Assembly: GCA_000165425.1 (NCBI GenBank)
Contig: CT867997.1
Coordinates: forward strand, 248,001-312,000
Direction of reading: 5' to 3'
From: Paramecium tetraurelia
Taxonomy: Eukaryota
Length of the DNA: 64,000 nucleotides
In this document: piece after piece, positions 27,409 through 41,400 of the stretch
How positions within the stretch are numbered: position 1 is the first letter of the stretch
How the letters are laid out: the number at the start of each line of letters is the position of its first letter
The notes under the pieces: generated by a model
Database searches by the model: none
The model's input: only the letters and a program-made list of their open reading frames with translations
What the model was told of the DNA's origin: nothing
Position numbers and translations under genes: made by a program

Positions 27409-30400
27409 ATGTACAAACGTATGTTTCTTGTGTTGCTGTTAGTCAGCCTGTCGTTGGAATTTAAGACTTCAGTTAAAACATAAATAACTCCATTGGAAAC
27501 TATTTTAGGAATTGATCCTTCTGGATGGACATGTGAAAGTCCATCATACAAGGAGTAACTGGGAGCTGAGCATGACATTGAATAATGGATTGATATAGTA
27601 AAGCATAAAGATGGTTTTGATGGTGATTTGCAAGTATTGGCAATGGTTAAGGCACTTGTGGACAAAGTATTAGCTTCTGTACATCATATTTCTGGAAATA
27701 CTTTTGTACAAGTGAAACATATTCACCATTAATTGTCTAAACAATTTAAAAAGTTATCAGAAATTGAGTCATTATCATCCTGGTATGATATCAATGATAT
27801 ATTGGGTTATGTTGAAGTATTAAATAAAGCGAAAAGTAATTTAATTCATATTGATTTATTAGCTGACGAAGATAAAATACAATTGGCCACTATGATTGCA
27901 TCCAAGATCTCAGAACTCATTCAATAAATCACTGAGATTTAATTGTAATTGAATTCCATACCAGTCGAAATAGATGATTTGTATGAATTATCAACTCGAG
28001 TTAATCAAAAAACCTCTGCATGTAAGGATGTCTGGGCACCATTTTTGGAAGCAGATGCTAAGGCCGAAGAAGAAGTCAAGAGAGCTGAACAAGAATAAGA
28101 AGCAGCAAGGTTGTAGGCAGAGGCCGAAGCAAAGTAATAAGCTGAATAAGCAGAAGAAGAGGAAAGAAGAAAACAAGAAGAAGCAAGGGAGTTGGAAGAG
28201 TTGAAAAACAGAGTAGAACTTACACCAGAGGAGGCAGAAGCATTAGATAAGGAGGCTCAGCATGAATTAGAATTAGCTGAGGAAGCTGAGATTGAAGCAA
28301 AGAAGGAGGTGGATGAGGCTAAAGCTGCTGAAAATTAAGCATAATTAGAGGCTGAGAAAGAAGAAAAGGAGGCTGAAGAAGCTGCATAAAGAGCAGAAGC
28401 TGCTGAATAGGCTTTGTAAGAGGCCTAAAAGGCTGAAGAAGAAGCATGTGTAGATGCAGAGGAGGCTGAACGAAGGTTGAAGGCTGCTTAAGAAGCTGCA
28501 GAAGAGGCTAAGAGAAAATTAGAAGAAGCAGAGAGATTGGCAGAAGAGGCTAGAAAAACTAAGGAATGTCAAGATGAACCACCTCTTGATGAACCAGTAC
28601 ATGAAGAATTTTATGAAGAGGAATTTGAATTAATATCAGAGGAAGAAGGTTGTACTGATGAAGCTTTGGAAGACTTGATTGATACTCTTATTGATGCAGC
28701 AACTTAACCAAGTGCTTATTAACCTGGATGTGGATATCCTGGATGTCAAGAATAACCAATTATTATTGTGGTTGAAGATGATGAGGATGAACCATAACCA
28801 TAACCTAAACCAGAGCCATAACCTGAACCACAACCTGAACCAAAAGAAGAGGAAGAAGTTATTGTTGAAGAAGAAATTGAGACTGAACCAACACCTGATG
28901 ACAATAAAACATTTGAAGAAGAATAGTAGGTTGAAGAGACAGTAGAAGAAATTGTTGAAGAGATTGTAGAGGAAATTTTTGAGGAAATAGTAGAGGAAAT
29001 TGTCGAAGAGATTCCAGAAGAAGAAGATGATGATTTTGGTAGATTAGAATATCCAGTTGATCCTCCTGAGGAGATACAATATTTAATCTATAAATCAGAT
29101 GATAAACATGTAAACTCTCATACTCAAGAATCATCAAAATGGGAAGTAGAAGTCAATCATGGACCTGAAACCAGAATCAAGGGATCCACAGAATATAGTT
29201 ATGGATTATGGACATATTTCAGATATAATGGAGCTACAAAAATTTCAGAGAAGAAAGAAGTTCTAGCAGTTGGAGGTTTAAGTGGAGATGGTTCAAGTCG
29301 ATTAGTCACACTCATCGGAGAAGGATTTTATAACTTTTAAGTATTTGATGGAGACTCTGTGACATAATAGTAAATAGATTATGGAAAATATTTGGATGCT
29401 GAATGGATCTATGTTTACTTTGGATACAAAGAAGGCAAAGCAAATGGTTATGTCTATTGGGCAAGGACTTAAGTGATCAAAAGTGTGACATTTACTGTGA
29501 CATATCAAAAAATAGTCAATACTATCAAGTTTTCATCAGGATGGTGGACTGGTTACAAAGCCTTCAATGGAATCATAACTAATATTAGAGTTGTTTTGAA
29601 TAAAGACTCCTTTATTGAAGATGATATTATTATGAAGAATGCTATAGAAACTGAATATCCTGTTCCAAGTGAAACAGATTTAGAGTATTTGGAAAACAAA
29701 TATTATGATAAGGTTGAATATGAAGGATTAATCACTGAACCCAAATTCCATTGGGATTTGGATAGACACAGAGAATATTCATTTTCTACTTGGTTCAGAT
29801 ATGTTAGAAGAACAGATAAAGCTGATTAATTGATATTCAGATTGACATCCAATGAACCTGATTCTGGAGAAGTAGCCCATGGAGACAATGTGTTATCTTT
29901 ATGGTAAACTGATGCAATTGACTATCAATTCAAAACATATACAGTTGAGAATTAGGATAAGTTCAGCAACATCGTAGAAACTGTTAAAATCAATCAGGAA
30001 TCATAATAATTATGGACCTATGCATATTTTGGATACAACAATGAAGATTTGGAATTCTATATTGAATGGCCAGATAGTTCAGCAACTAAATCATTTAAAG
30101 GTTGGCATGTTGTGGCCAAATATTGGGCTTTGTACTTAGGTTAGGACTTTAAGTACAGTTTCCATGGCAAAACTGCCTATTCAACCTTAAGATTTGGAAA
30201 AGGGTCATGGGGTGTTCCAACAGAATTTGAAGAGTACAAAGTTGGTAAGAGTAAGTTATGGCCAGGAGTACAAATGAAAACTTATGAGTCTAAATGGTTG
30301 ACACATACTAAGGAATCTGAATATGATAGTTTATTACATGAGGAACCAGAATGGGTTACTGATGGTGTCTATGAATATGGATTTGGAATGTGGACTAAAT

Positions 30401-32939
30401 TCTTCATTACAAATCCCTCACGTATTTATGAAAAGCCAGATCGTATCTTGATTGCTAGATTGGGTTTTAGTGATAATGATTAGGCTGAATTTGCTGTTTA
30501 TATAGGCAGAGGTGACTACGAATTTTGGGCTGGATCAATGAGACCTGTTTCCTACACTAAGAATTTGGATGGATATTGGAATTATATTTATTTCAGCTAT
30601 TCGAAATTATAATAAATTGCAGTTGGTTATGTGAACTTCAACACATTGTAATAAATACAAAGAACTAAATTTGAGCCATTTGATGCTGATCCTGCTAATA
30701 ATTATGCTCGTTTTTATGTTGGAAATTGGAAGAACAATTAATATGGATTTAATGGTAGAATGGCATCAGCTGTAATTCGTATGGGAAGAGGCTCATTTAT
30801 TTATGAAATAGAGTAATACTAAACATGGATGGAACCTTATTCAGTACCAGTTGATGAAGAATTGGGAACTAAAGATTATGAGATATAAGGAGCAGACAAT
30901 AAAGATGCCGAATCTTATGATACATTCCTGTATGATCATTAAGCAACTGAAACTCAACAATATTCAGTTTATGGATGGTTTAAATATTATGGTGATCTGT
31001 CTAATAGTGAAGCTTAAACAATTATCAGACTAACCAATAATGAAGTTGGTCATTTGAGTGATGCTTCCATATTAGGAGATAGAACATTGACTGCCATCTA
31101 ATAAGGAGGTAATATGATATTTGGCACATATGACATTGGATTTATTGATAAGGATTACGAAGTCAATAGACAGACAGAAGTTGATCTTGGAGAATATAGA
31201 GGAATTTGGATGTACATCTGGGTAGGATATTCTAGATTTGATTAACAGACAGGATGGTTCTTGGGATTCCCAGATATTAGTAAAGGTGGAGTTATTAAAA
31301 AGACTCTCCACTTTTCACCAAAGTATCTAGCAGTATATTTCGGAAAGGATGGCATCAACAAGAACTTTATTGGTAAATCAAGACATGTTCATGCTTGTTA
31401 TGGTACAACCTAATGTTGGCATTTTGTTAATAAGGTAGAAGCAGAGGAGAATTTGCCAGCATGGATCCCATATAAATTGAATAATAAATTTGAATTCTTT
31501 GTTGAAAAAGATCAAGATGCTCTAATTGTGGCCAAGGATGGCAATGCAGCAATTGATGTAGAGTTTACTGAGACCAATTTCCCAGGTTCTGATATCGAAG
31601 CCATTTATGAATATGGTATAGGATTATGGACAAGATGGTTGATGAATTATCCATTCATTTTGTTAGAGAAAGCTGATTCACATTCAATCTTTAGATTTAC
31701 TACTAATGCATAATATGAGGATGCTTAATAAAATGGTGATAGAACTGTATCAGCCTTTGTTGGAAGAGGAGAATATAAGTTTAGTACATATGATGCTGTC
31801 CTTGATAAGAATGATATAAGTATAGGTAGCAAGTTTGATAAAGAGTTGGAAGGATATTGGAATTTCGTTTATTTCTGCTATAAAAGAATTCCCACTAATC
31901 CTAAAGCAATAGGATATGTGTTCTTGTCGAATGCCAATGTAGTAAAGAGAGTGGAAATAGATAATGCTAAGCACTGGTTACTAAGAAATTATGCTAGATT
32001 AGTAGTTGGCAAGAAAGAGTTTGGTCATTCTGCATTCCAAGGAAAATTGTTTGATCCTAGAGTCTTCTTAGGTAAAGGCAGTTACATTGAGACTAGTGAA
32101 GACCTTATTAATGGTTTGATTCCAAAGTTTAGAGCATTCCCTCCTTATAAGGAAAAGTAGGATAATGAGCCTGTTCAAGTGGAGAAAACTAAGATTACTG
32201 CAAGAGTATTCAAATAGTATGAGGAGAAATACAGTGGTGTATTTGAGTACAGTGTATATGGATTTGCTAAAGGGAATAAATTAAGGAATGTCACAGACTG
32301 GACTACTCTAGTAAGAGTCACACAAAATACACCAGATATTTAGAAGGACAACGAGAATGCTGGAGACAGAACTCTTTCAATATTCGCTGACAAAGGCAAA
32401 TGGATCTATAGTACTTATGATTACGGGGATATTGAAGTTGCTGATGACGACGATGGAGCAAGTAAGAATTTATTTAGATTTTATAGTCATCCACTAATTT
32501 GATATGAATAAACAATGGGGCAAATGGACATATTTCTATTTTGGCTATTCATTTAAATTGAAATAGGCATATGCCTACATCAGATTCATTGATTAAACTG
32601 AAAATTCATTCTTGTTCGAAGAGGTTTACCACTTTGTTCCTAATTATTTGAGTGTGTTCTTCGCAGAAGATGGCTATGGAAAGATGTTCGATGTATTATA
32701 TGTTTTAACAATTCTTTTAGGGTGAAGCCTTTGATTGGTATTTGGGCATTGGAGATGGAGCATTTACAACCACACCAGATCCTAGACAATGGCCAGTTGA
32801 TCCTGCCCCACCTCCTGATAGAATTCTATCGGCACTTTTAGCAAATCAAGGTTTCAATTCAGGAAGAATAGTAAAAGCTTAAACATTCTTATAATTGGAA
32901 GGTACTATAAATTTAGTTGAGATCAAACAAGATGAATGA
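27409..32939 (+). CDS. Large secreted protein: signal peptide, E/A coiled coil, EPQP linker, six LamG/concanavalin-A-like repeats
   Basis: Signal MYKRMFLVLLLVSLSL. Repeat cores EYSYGLWTYF, EYSFSTWFRY, EYGFGMWTKF, QYSVYGWFKY, EYGIGLWTRW and EYSVYGFAK are spaced ~600 nt apart, each followed by a W..(Y/W)(F/V)(G/S/C)Y motif. Two introns near the 3' end. Confidence 0.82.
28789..28842 (+). repeat. Coding hexamer-type repeat (EPQPQPKPEPQPEPQPEP)
   Basis: gaacca/taacca/taacct/aaacca/gagcca units. A second EEIV repeat lies at ~28945-29010. Confidence 0.8.
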
Positions 32940-33002
32940 TTTATTTTATTTCATTCTTTTAATCAATTTTAATGATATGTTATTTTCAACATCATGGTGT
33001 TG

Positions 33003-33031
33003 AATAAATAAATAAATAAATAAATAAATAA
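33003..33031. repeat. (AATA)7 microsatellite between convergent 3' ends
   Basis: aataaataaataaataaataaataaataa read directly from the sequence. Confidence 0.85.
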
Positions 33032-33035
33032 AAGC

Positions 33036-34575
33036 TCATTACACAGAGCTTTTGCTTAAAACTTAAGCGGTACAACTTTGAGGGTTATACACCAAAGAAT
33101 GATATGAAAATCTCTCAGATTACTCAATACCTTATGCAATATTGGCAATCATATTGAGCAGAACCAGTGCAAAATCAATGTAGAATAATACATGACCAAC
33201 ATTGTACTTCTTAATCACATAATATCCTAAATTAGTGAAAATCAACACTCCAATAGCCTAAGATGAATATGTATTAATACTCCGATTCCATAAAAGAAGA
33301 ATTGATAGCCAACTGGTAAGGTCAGATTCTGATATTCGCCCACCACAAATGAAATGAATACTTGCAAACAAATGATGAAATATCCATAATTTGCTGTTGC
33401 TCCAGCAGCTCCAGCCACTAGGCCAAATTCCATCATAGTTACAAACATAGTTAAGCCAGCTGCCATTCCCAGGAATCCAGCTATAAATCCTGTGGCCCAT
33501 CCTGCACCATAGATCATAAAGAATCTAGATATTGGGGTGAAATAACGTTCGTTCATGTTGAAATTCACCGTATTTTTTAGCAGTTCTTTTTTTCTCATAT
33601 AGAATAACACCCACACTGTTATTATGAGGTTTGCTCCAAATAAGAGAATCATCATGTAAAAGTTCCATGGCTCACAAGCAGAATATTTACTGTCCGCATC
33701 TTGGTCGTTGGGGTAGAAATATGGCGATGTTTGATAGGAGGTTGTCCTTAATAAAATTATTAATTCATTGACTGCGAAGTTCCCAAAAGCCAAGAGGATT
33801 GGCACCAAAGGAAATCTAGAACATGATTCTTCTTGGAGCTATTTGAATAATTCAGCCATTCTTTGTTCTTCAATTATGTTGCCCTTGATCTACTACTCTA
33901 TTGTGATAATCGAGGATTGCTGCATTTCGTTGTTCACTTCTTTGTCGTGTTCCACTTTTTGTTCAGATTTTGCGAAATATAATAGCACTGGGCAAATTAT
34001 CAAGAAAAAAAGCATTTATAGAGTCAACAAAGGTAAAAGTGGTAAATAGTTTGCCAACTCCATTCCTACTTGCATCGAAATTGGTATTCCCAAGGCATAA
34101 ACCAATCCTATCTCGAAATTAACTAAAGGGCGTTCTGGAGTGTCGGGATGACTGCAAACATAGAATAATATTTAAATACCTTTAAAAAAAGATAATGACT
34201 TGATTCACCAATTGTGCACCGAACATTAGACACGCAGTGATATCTCCAGAGGTGGAGGAATTAAAATTTAGAATGGCCTCTAAAAAAGGGCGTTTGACAA
34301 CACCGCCTAATGAACTTAAAAATATAATAACCTCCCAATGCTCCAAGACTGCCAATTCCGATGATGGGGATAATCAAAATGTACACGATGATAGAAACTG
34401 CATTCGGATATAAAACTCCCTCTCTGCAGCAGCCTACCTGTCCAGTGGGTTTGCCTGAGACAAGTAAGCTATTGCATGCGGAGAACTGCCCACAAGTCGA
34501 GCTCTAACAATTGATTGTTCCCCTCCCTTGAAACAATGAGTATTGATCGTTTTGGCACGACAATATTGAAGACAT
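33036..34575 (-). CDS. Sulfite exporter TauE/SafE family protein (tandem copy A)
   Basis: Cys-rich N-terminus, GIGSLGALGGGVVKRPF, HPDTPERPLVNFEI, GFIAGFLGMAAG, multiple TM helices, mini-introns. Confidence 0.87.
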
Positions 34576-34808
34576 TATAAAAATATTTACAAAATGTTTT
34601 TCGAGAAATAAGAACATAAGAACTTACTAACTTAACTGAAATATACATTAGTGCATCGAAGTTAATGCACCACAAGACAGAACAGGCTCACTTCCTCGAT
34701 GATAATAGTAATCTTACCATCCATTTCAAATCCAGAGAGATTTTACATTTGGAACACCTATTGTGCAAAATGAAACTTATTTTAAATAAATTGAAATAAA
34801 TAAATCTT

Positions 34809-36372
34809 TCAATTATCTAATACATAATTTCCGCATGTTGAAGGCTGTTACTCCAATGAACGAAAACCATCCCGATAACCATTCTCGATTCCCCATACAA
34901 TATTACCAATTATATTTAAAACAACAATTGCAAAGTCAATATAAAAAATTATATGTCCAATATTATATCTCTATAACAATCGATAACCGTAATTTGTGAA
35001 CACGAGAACCGCAATAACCTATCAAATCTCATTGAATTCCTTACTCCCAAAGCATAGAAAAAGAATTGATCTCCCACACCCAATCCTTAACTCTAGGAAG
35101 CACCAACAAGGAAGTTCGTAAACACTTAAATGCAAATCAAGAAATAGCAATAATTGGCAGTTGCTCCTGCCACTGCTGCAATCAATTTAAATTGGACCAT
35201 TGTAACTACCATTGTTAATCCAGCTGCCATTCCCACAAAACCAGCTACAAATCCTGTTAAAAACCCAGCTAAATATACAAAAAAGAATCTTCTTATTGGG
35301 GTGAAGTAGCGTTCATTAGGATAAAAGTTAACTGTGTTTTTCAACAATTCCTTCTTCCTCATAAAAAAATAAACACAACTTGTTATCAAGAAGTTCACTC
35401 CTGCCAGTAATAGAACCATATAAAAATTCCAAGGTTCACAAGGACCTTTATCTCTATTTTTATTATTTATATCTCCATCTGGAAAGAAATATGGGGAATA
35501 TTGGTATGGAGAAGATCTCAGCAGTAATAAAAGCTAACAATTTATAATTGCAATATATACTTCATTAACAACGAAGTTCCCCAAAGTTATTAGAATTGGT
35601 ACAAGGGGAAATCTTTAACATTGTTCAGCATAAAGCTATTTATATATCTTAGCTTAACTTTCAGTGTATTCATTTTGATTTTATATCTGCACCTAGGACA
35701 TGGTCAGAAGTGCTGTTTCCTTAGCTAAATCACTGTTCTGATCCTTTAGATCTTCTAATTCATTTTGTCTCCTTGCATAATATATCAAAACAGGGGATAT
35801 GGCTATAAAAAAAAGGATTTAAAATGATAATAATGGCAGTAACGGTAGAAAGTTTGCTAAATCACTTCCTAAGCACAAACTAACCGGAATAGCTAAAGTA
35901 TATATAATAGCTATATCATAATTAATAACGGGTCGTTCTTGTACGTCGGGATGACTATTTTTATAATCTGCCATCTTTACTTTTAGAGGAATATGAACAC
36001 CATATTCACGATTTGTGCACTGATCATGAGACAGGCGGTAATATCTCCTGAGATACTAGCATCGAAATTCAGAATAGTTTAGAGGAATGGACGTTTTACA
36101 ATCCCTCCTTTTAGGAATATAATTTATAAAGATGTACCTCCCAGAGCTCCCAAACTTGCTATTCCGATTACAGGGACAATCAACATGTAGACAAAAACAG
36201 TCACAAAGTTTGGTTCTAAAATTTTGATACGGCAACACCCTGTTGTCTCTATGAATTTATCATTTAGAACAGTTAGGCATTTGTTGTATTGACCACAACC
36301 ATTTACAGTGCATCCCAAGCCTCCATTGAACAAATTAAACTTTGGATCTGAACAAGACAGTGGCCTACTCAT
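34809..36372 (-). CDS. Sulfite exporter TauE/SafE family protein (tandem copy B)
   Basis: GIASLGALGGGIVKRPF, HPDVQERPVINYDI, GFVAGFVGMAAG. Colinear with copy A, with introns at equivalent positions. Confidence 0.87.
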
Positions 36373-37000
36373 TGCAAATAATTAAATTATAGAATCAAGT
36401 GAAAACCTTATATATTTACTTTTAATTCAATTAAAGTTTACGTTTGTAGCAATCAATATAAAATATTATAAAGTTTGATTCAATTTTATAATCAATATTC
36501 TAAAAATCAAAACCTTTGTTTTTTTTATATAATTGTATAGACACTACTAATTTAGCTAATGACAATAGATTCAATAGATTGATTGGATTATCAATTATTT
36601 TTTTAAGTATTGATTAGAGAAAATGAACTGAGATACATAATACATTATAAATAATATAATCAAATAAAAAAATAATTTAATAATTATAAGAGATCCTTAT
36701 TTGTTTATTTTTTAAGAATTAAGTATATTACTTATTACTCTTACCTAAAATATTCCATCTCCGATCAATAATTTAACTTTATGTTCATTTTGTTCTATTT
36801 TATTATTAGGTTTTTTATTAAATCATAAGGGTTATGACACATCTTTTCAGGGTTATTTAAGTTCTAAAGATTTGTCAATTTTAGTTAATCTATGAAAGTA
36901 GTATCAAAAAATAGTTCGTTTTTTTACTTAAACTTAAATCTATTTTCTGTTTAAAAAATAAAAATACTTGTACTAAACATACAAACTTTAAATAATACTC

Positions 37001-38423
37001 ATGATAGTCCCTGAAGGAATTCCTCGATATAGAGTCTTCAAAAGTAGGTGGTTAGTACTGTTTGCCTTCTGCTTTTTTACGTAAAATAATTTCATAATAA
37101 TAGATTTACAAATGCTTTTGGATTTGTTCAATACTCTCCCATTTTAACTCTTGCATCTGAATATTATGGAGTTTAGGATGAAGATATAGTTTGGTTTAGC
37201 AATTGTTACTATCTCTCGTACTTTGCAGTATGTCCTTTTACAATAAAACCTCTAGAAAAGAGATTAGACTTATCATTAATCTTCGCCTCTTTGATAACAA
37301 TGATAGGTACAAATTATATAAAAACAAGATAGGCTAATGGATGATATATATTTGTAAATAGTAGTACTCAGTTGCTCTGATTGGATTTATATTGATTGGT
37401 CTGGGTTAAACATTTACTTTAGCAGCACCTGCATGTAATAAATCTATAGTAAGTACTAGTTATCTCTGACCGTTGGTTTCCCATTGAAGAACGTACTTTA
37501 TCAACGAGTTTGGGGAGCTTCTTTAACTTAGTTGGATTAAATTTCTCAATTGTTTATGCTTCAGTTTCATTTAAAAGTACTTATGATTATGACGGAATAA
37601 AAAATAAGATTGAATAAATGAACCTTTTATTTTCCATTTTAGCCACATGCTCATTGATTTTTTGTGTTTTGATGTTAAGAAATAAACCTTAATTTCCACC
37701 ATCGAAGTCAGCGGTATCAGTATTTGTAATGAAAAGATATTTGACAAAATGTAAATTATCCCATCCTTCAAGTCAGCTTTTAGTAGTTTTGAATCAACAA
37801 TGGATTTATTGGCCTTCTCAATTTTTATCGGTGTATCTTGGGCATATATGGTTGTGATAGCTATCCTATTGGTTCCTTTCAACTACACAATTGAGCAAAT
37901 CGGTTATGTGAGTATAGTCTATGCGGCAACAGGAACGATTGGAGGGACAGTTGCTAGCATTTACATGGACCATTAAGCCAAGAATCATCAATAACCTAAC
38001 TACGATTATTTGATTAAAACTTTCCTTACAATCGGAGTCTTCGGAATATTGATAAAATCCCTAATCATTAACTATGTTAGTGATATTGTTATAGTGATAC
38101 TATCAGGAATCATAGGATTGGGGCTGAATTCCTTTCTTCCCTTAGCCTTACAGTGCTATATAGAAAAACTATTTCCATCATTTGAATTGGTTCTCACAAC
38201 CATCATAATGCAAATGTCAAATGTATATTGTTAATACTCATTATTTGTTTAGCTCCTAGGGTTCGTTTTGAATTACATTCTAATCTTAGACGTATTCCTA
38301 GATGTAGGATTGTATGTGATTTTGATCGGATTGAGTCCCTTTTACATTTACTTGATCTTCTTTTACAAGACTAAATTTAAGAGATTGTAAATAGAATAGG
38401 AACTTGAGCTGCATACAATGTGA
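37001..38423 (+). CDS. MFS transporter, FLVCR/SLC49-like
   Basis: YRVFKSRWLVLFAF, GLGQTFTL, SDRWFPIEERTLSTSLG and P.FPPSKSA motifs; many TM helices; several mini-introns. Confidence 0.87.
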
Positions 38424-38471
38424 TTTTGAAAACTATTAATCATAGATTGAAATTAATATAATTATAAATTA

Positions 38472-41400
38472 ATGGCTGAAGATTAAGATATATGGGAATG
38501 TCTCTTTGACTATTTAAATCAGGCACAAGACAAAGCTCAAAATGATGATTCTGAAATAGTTTCCTATTCTAAAGGAATACCTAATGTTGCAATCGATCCA
38601 TTATCTATTGGAGAATAATACCCCAGAGTAGAGATTGCAACGAGAATGCTTGATGGAATGTATATTATCAATGATATCAGTTAGAATTCCATCGTCCTAT
38701 AAAATGTAGTCTTAGAAAATGGTCAAATTTCAAGAATTTAGAGATGAATTAATAGACGAGATAGATGAATTTTATTAAGAAGATCAACTTGAAGACATAA
38801 GACAAATATATCTCTAATCCAATCTAAAGCAAAGGGATTACGAATTCACCAATATATTACCATTTATGCAAGATGAATTAGCATTAAATCCGGGAATTGA
38901 GACAGTGCTTTATACCAATCATGATATGTTTAGTGGCGAAATTGAAAGTGTAAGTTCTGCTTATCTCCACACTGATTTGAAATCCTTTAGCACCACCAAT
39001 ATCATCAATAGAGGTCAACTAATAAAGGATAAGAGGGGTCCAGAAAAGGTAGAACTTGGAGATAAATTACTTTCATTAGAGAAATTAGAGTAATAGATCC
39101 AAGGCTAGGCAGATACTATTTTTGCTTAAAGTCAATAAATACAATAGGAAAGAGATATTAGAAGACAGGAGAGAGTAGTTGAATATTAATAAAGAATTGA
39201 ATATATAGATGACAAATTCGTTAAGGATTAGATGCAATCTATTTTACACACCTTCCCTAGTCAAAGCGATCCTAAATTCAATACAGTTTGGTCTCTCTTT
39301 ATCGATGAATAAAAAGAAGAATAATAGCCCATCTAATAATAAAAACCATAGCAAATTGAGACTCTTGAAGATTTAGAGTTCCAAGAAAATGCTATTGTTT
39401 CAGAATCTGATATACAAATGTTGTCTACACTCACTGAACTCTAACGACAAGCCAGAGAAACTGCTAAAATCAATAATATCGCTAATGATGCTGATGATGA
39501 AGAAATCAAGGAGGAATAGAACACTATTGTTAAAGCTAAATAGGTTGTGGATTTCAATTAGATTGATAATGAACCCACATTTATAGACTAGATGTATTAT
39601 GCTGAAAAGGCAGAACCAGAAATTTAAGAATAGGATCCTGAAATTAGAAAATAGATACAGGATGCCTTATAAGTTAAATCAAAATTCAGAATCATTAAAG
39701 TTTAAGACGTCATTAATAATTCCAGCAAATTAATTGAAGATCGGGATTATAAATTTGCTGTTGAGGATGAAACAGACATGTCCAATTTTTATGATCAATT
39801 GCCAAAAGCCAAAATGGCTAAACAGTTCTAATTTGAATTAGATGATTTTTAAAAGAGATCCATATTGCATCTTGAAAAAAAAGAGTCCGTTTTTGTTTGT
39901 GCTCACACTTCTGCTGGTAAGACTGTCATTGCTGAGTATGCAATTGCATTAGCATTTAAACATAATAGAAGAGCATTATATACATCACCAATTAAGGCTT
40001 TAAGTAATCAGAAATTTAGAGAATTCGACCAGAAGTTTGGTAATACAGGAGTAGTTACAGGAGATGTTTCAATTAATCCAGGAGTATAATTGTTATTAGA
40101 TATTAGGCACCGTGTTTGATTTTAACAACAGAAATATTAAGAAATATGTTATATAGAGGGGCAGAATTGATTCGTGATATAGAGTGGGTCATTTTTGATG
40201 AAGTCCATTACGTAAACGATTAGGAAAGAGGTATGGTATGGGAAGAAACAATTATCATGTTACCACAACATATAGGAATTATCATGTTGTCTGCAACAGT
40301 TCCAAATTATATGGATTTTGCTAATTGGGTTGGAAGAACAAGGAAGTAAAAAGTGTTCGTGATGAAAACCTTCACCAGACCTGTTCCTTTAGAACACCAT
40401 ATATTTCTCTTTGACAAATTTCATACCATTAAAGAAAGAGATGGAGACTTTCTGGCTTAAGAATACAATGGTCTAAAAGTAATTGATTGATTAAACATTA
40501 ATAGAAAAAAATAAAGGAAATCGAAGATGAAAAGAAAGGATTGAAGGAACGAATTAAGAAAAATATGGATGAAAAGAAGGATGATGAACTTTATAAGAAT
40601 ACCAATAAGTCAATGAGATAAAAGTTAACTCAAAAATAGATCAAATCCAAATTTATCCAAAATATATCAGCTGCCAATATGAAATAAAAGGATGAGAAGA
40701 GAGCTATGACTTAGTTGATTAGATTGTGTGAGAAAAAGGATTTGTTGCCTTGTGTCATCTTCGTGTTCTCAAGAAAAAAAATAAATGAATTGGCTGAATC
40801 TATTACTAAATAAAATAGCTTAAAATTGATTGATCATAAAACTGAGGCTCGCATTATTGGATTTTTTGATTAGGCTTTGCTTAAATTGAAATCTTAAGAT
40901 AGATAATCACCACAATTAATCAGATTGAGAGAACTATTAAGATTTGGCATTGCAATACATCATGGACATCTCTTGCCTATTGCCAAAGAAATAGTTGAAA
41001 TTCTATTCTCAGAAGGACTAATCAAAGTGTTGTTTGCTACAGAAACCTTTGCTATGGGTATTAATATGCCCACCAAGACTGTTATTTTCCATTCCGTTGA
41101 GAAGTTTGATGGATCCAATACCAAAAGAATGTTGCATTCTAGTGAGTACACTTAAATGAGTGGCAGAGCTGGAAGAAGAGGAATCGATGAAAAAGGAAAT
41201 GTGATCATTTACATCAAAGATGCATAGAACTTACCTGATGAATTAAGAATGAAGCAAATGGTTGACTCCAAAGGATTATAATTAGATAGTAAGTTCAAAA
41301 TCACTTATAGCATTATTCTAAATCTATTGACTAGTAAAGACATCGATGCAACTGAAATGATGAAGAGATCCTTTCATGAAAATTATAGATTTGTATAATT

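Noticed and set aside
27974..29137. Several track ORFs including the MWFRLWLWFRLWLW repeat
   Set aside because: Off-frame or antisense shadows of the EPQP and E-rich regions of the large secreted gene.
34670..34700. ACAGAACAGGCTCA resembling RNase P/MRP CR-V
   Set aside because: No matching CR-I partner upstream, and the RNA would have to overlap the TauE gene.
38660..38750. Apparent frameshift and in-frame TGA early in SKI2
   Set aside because: A 25-nt GT..TAG intron (38660-38684) restores the frame.
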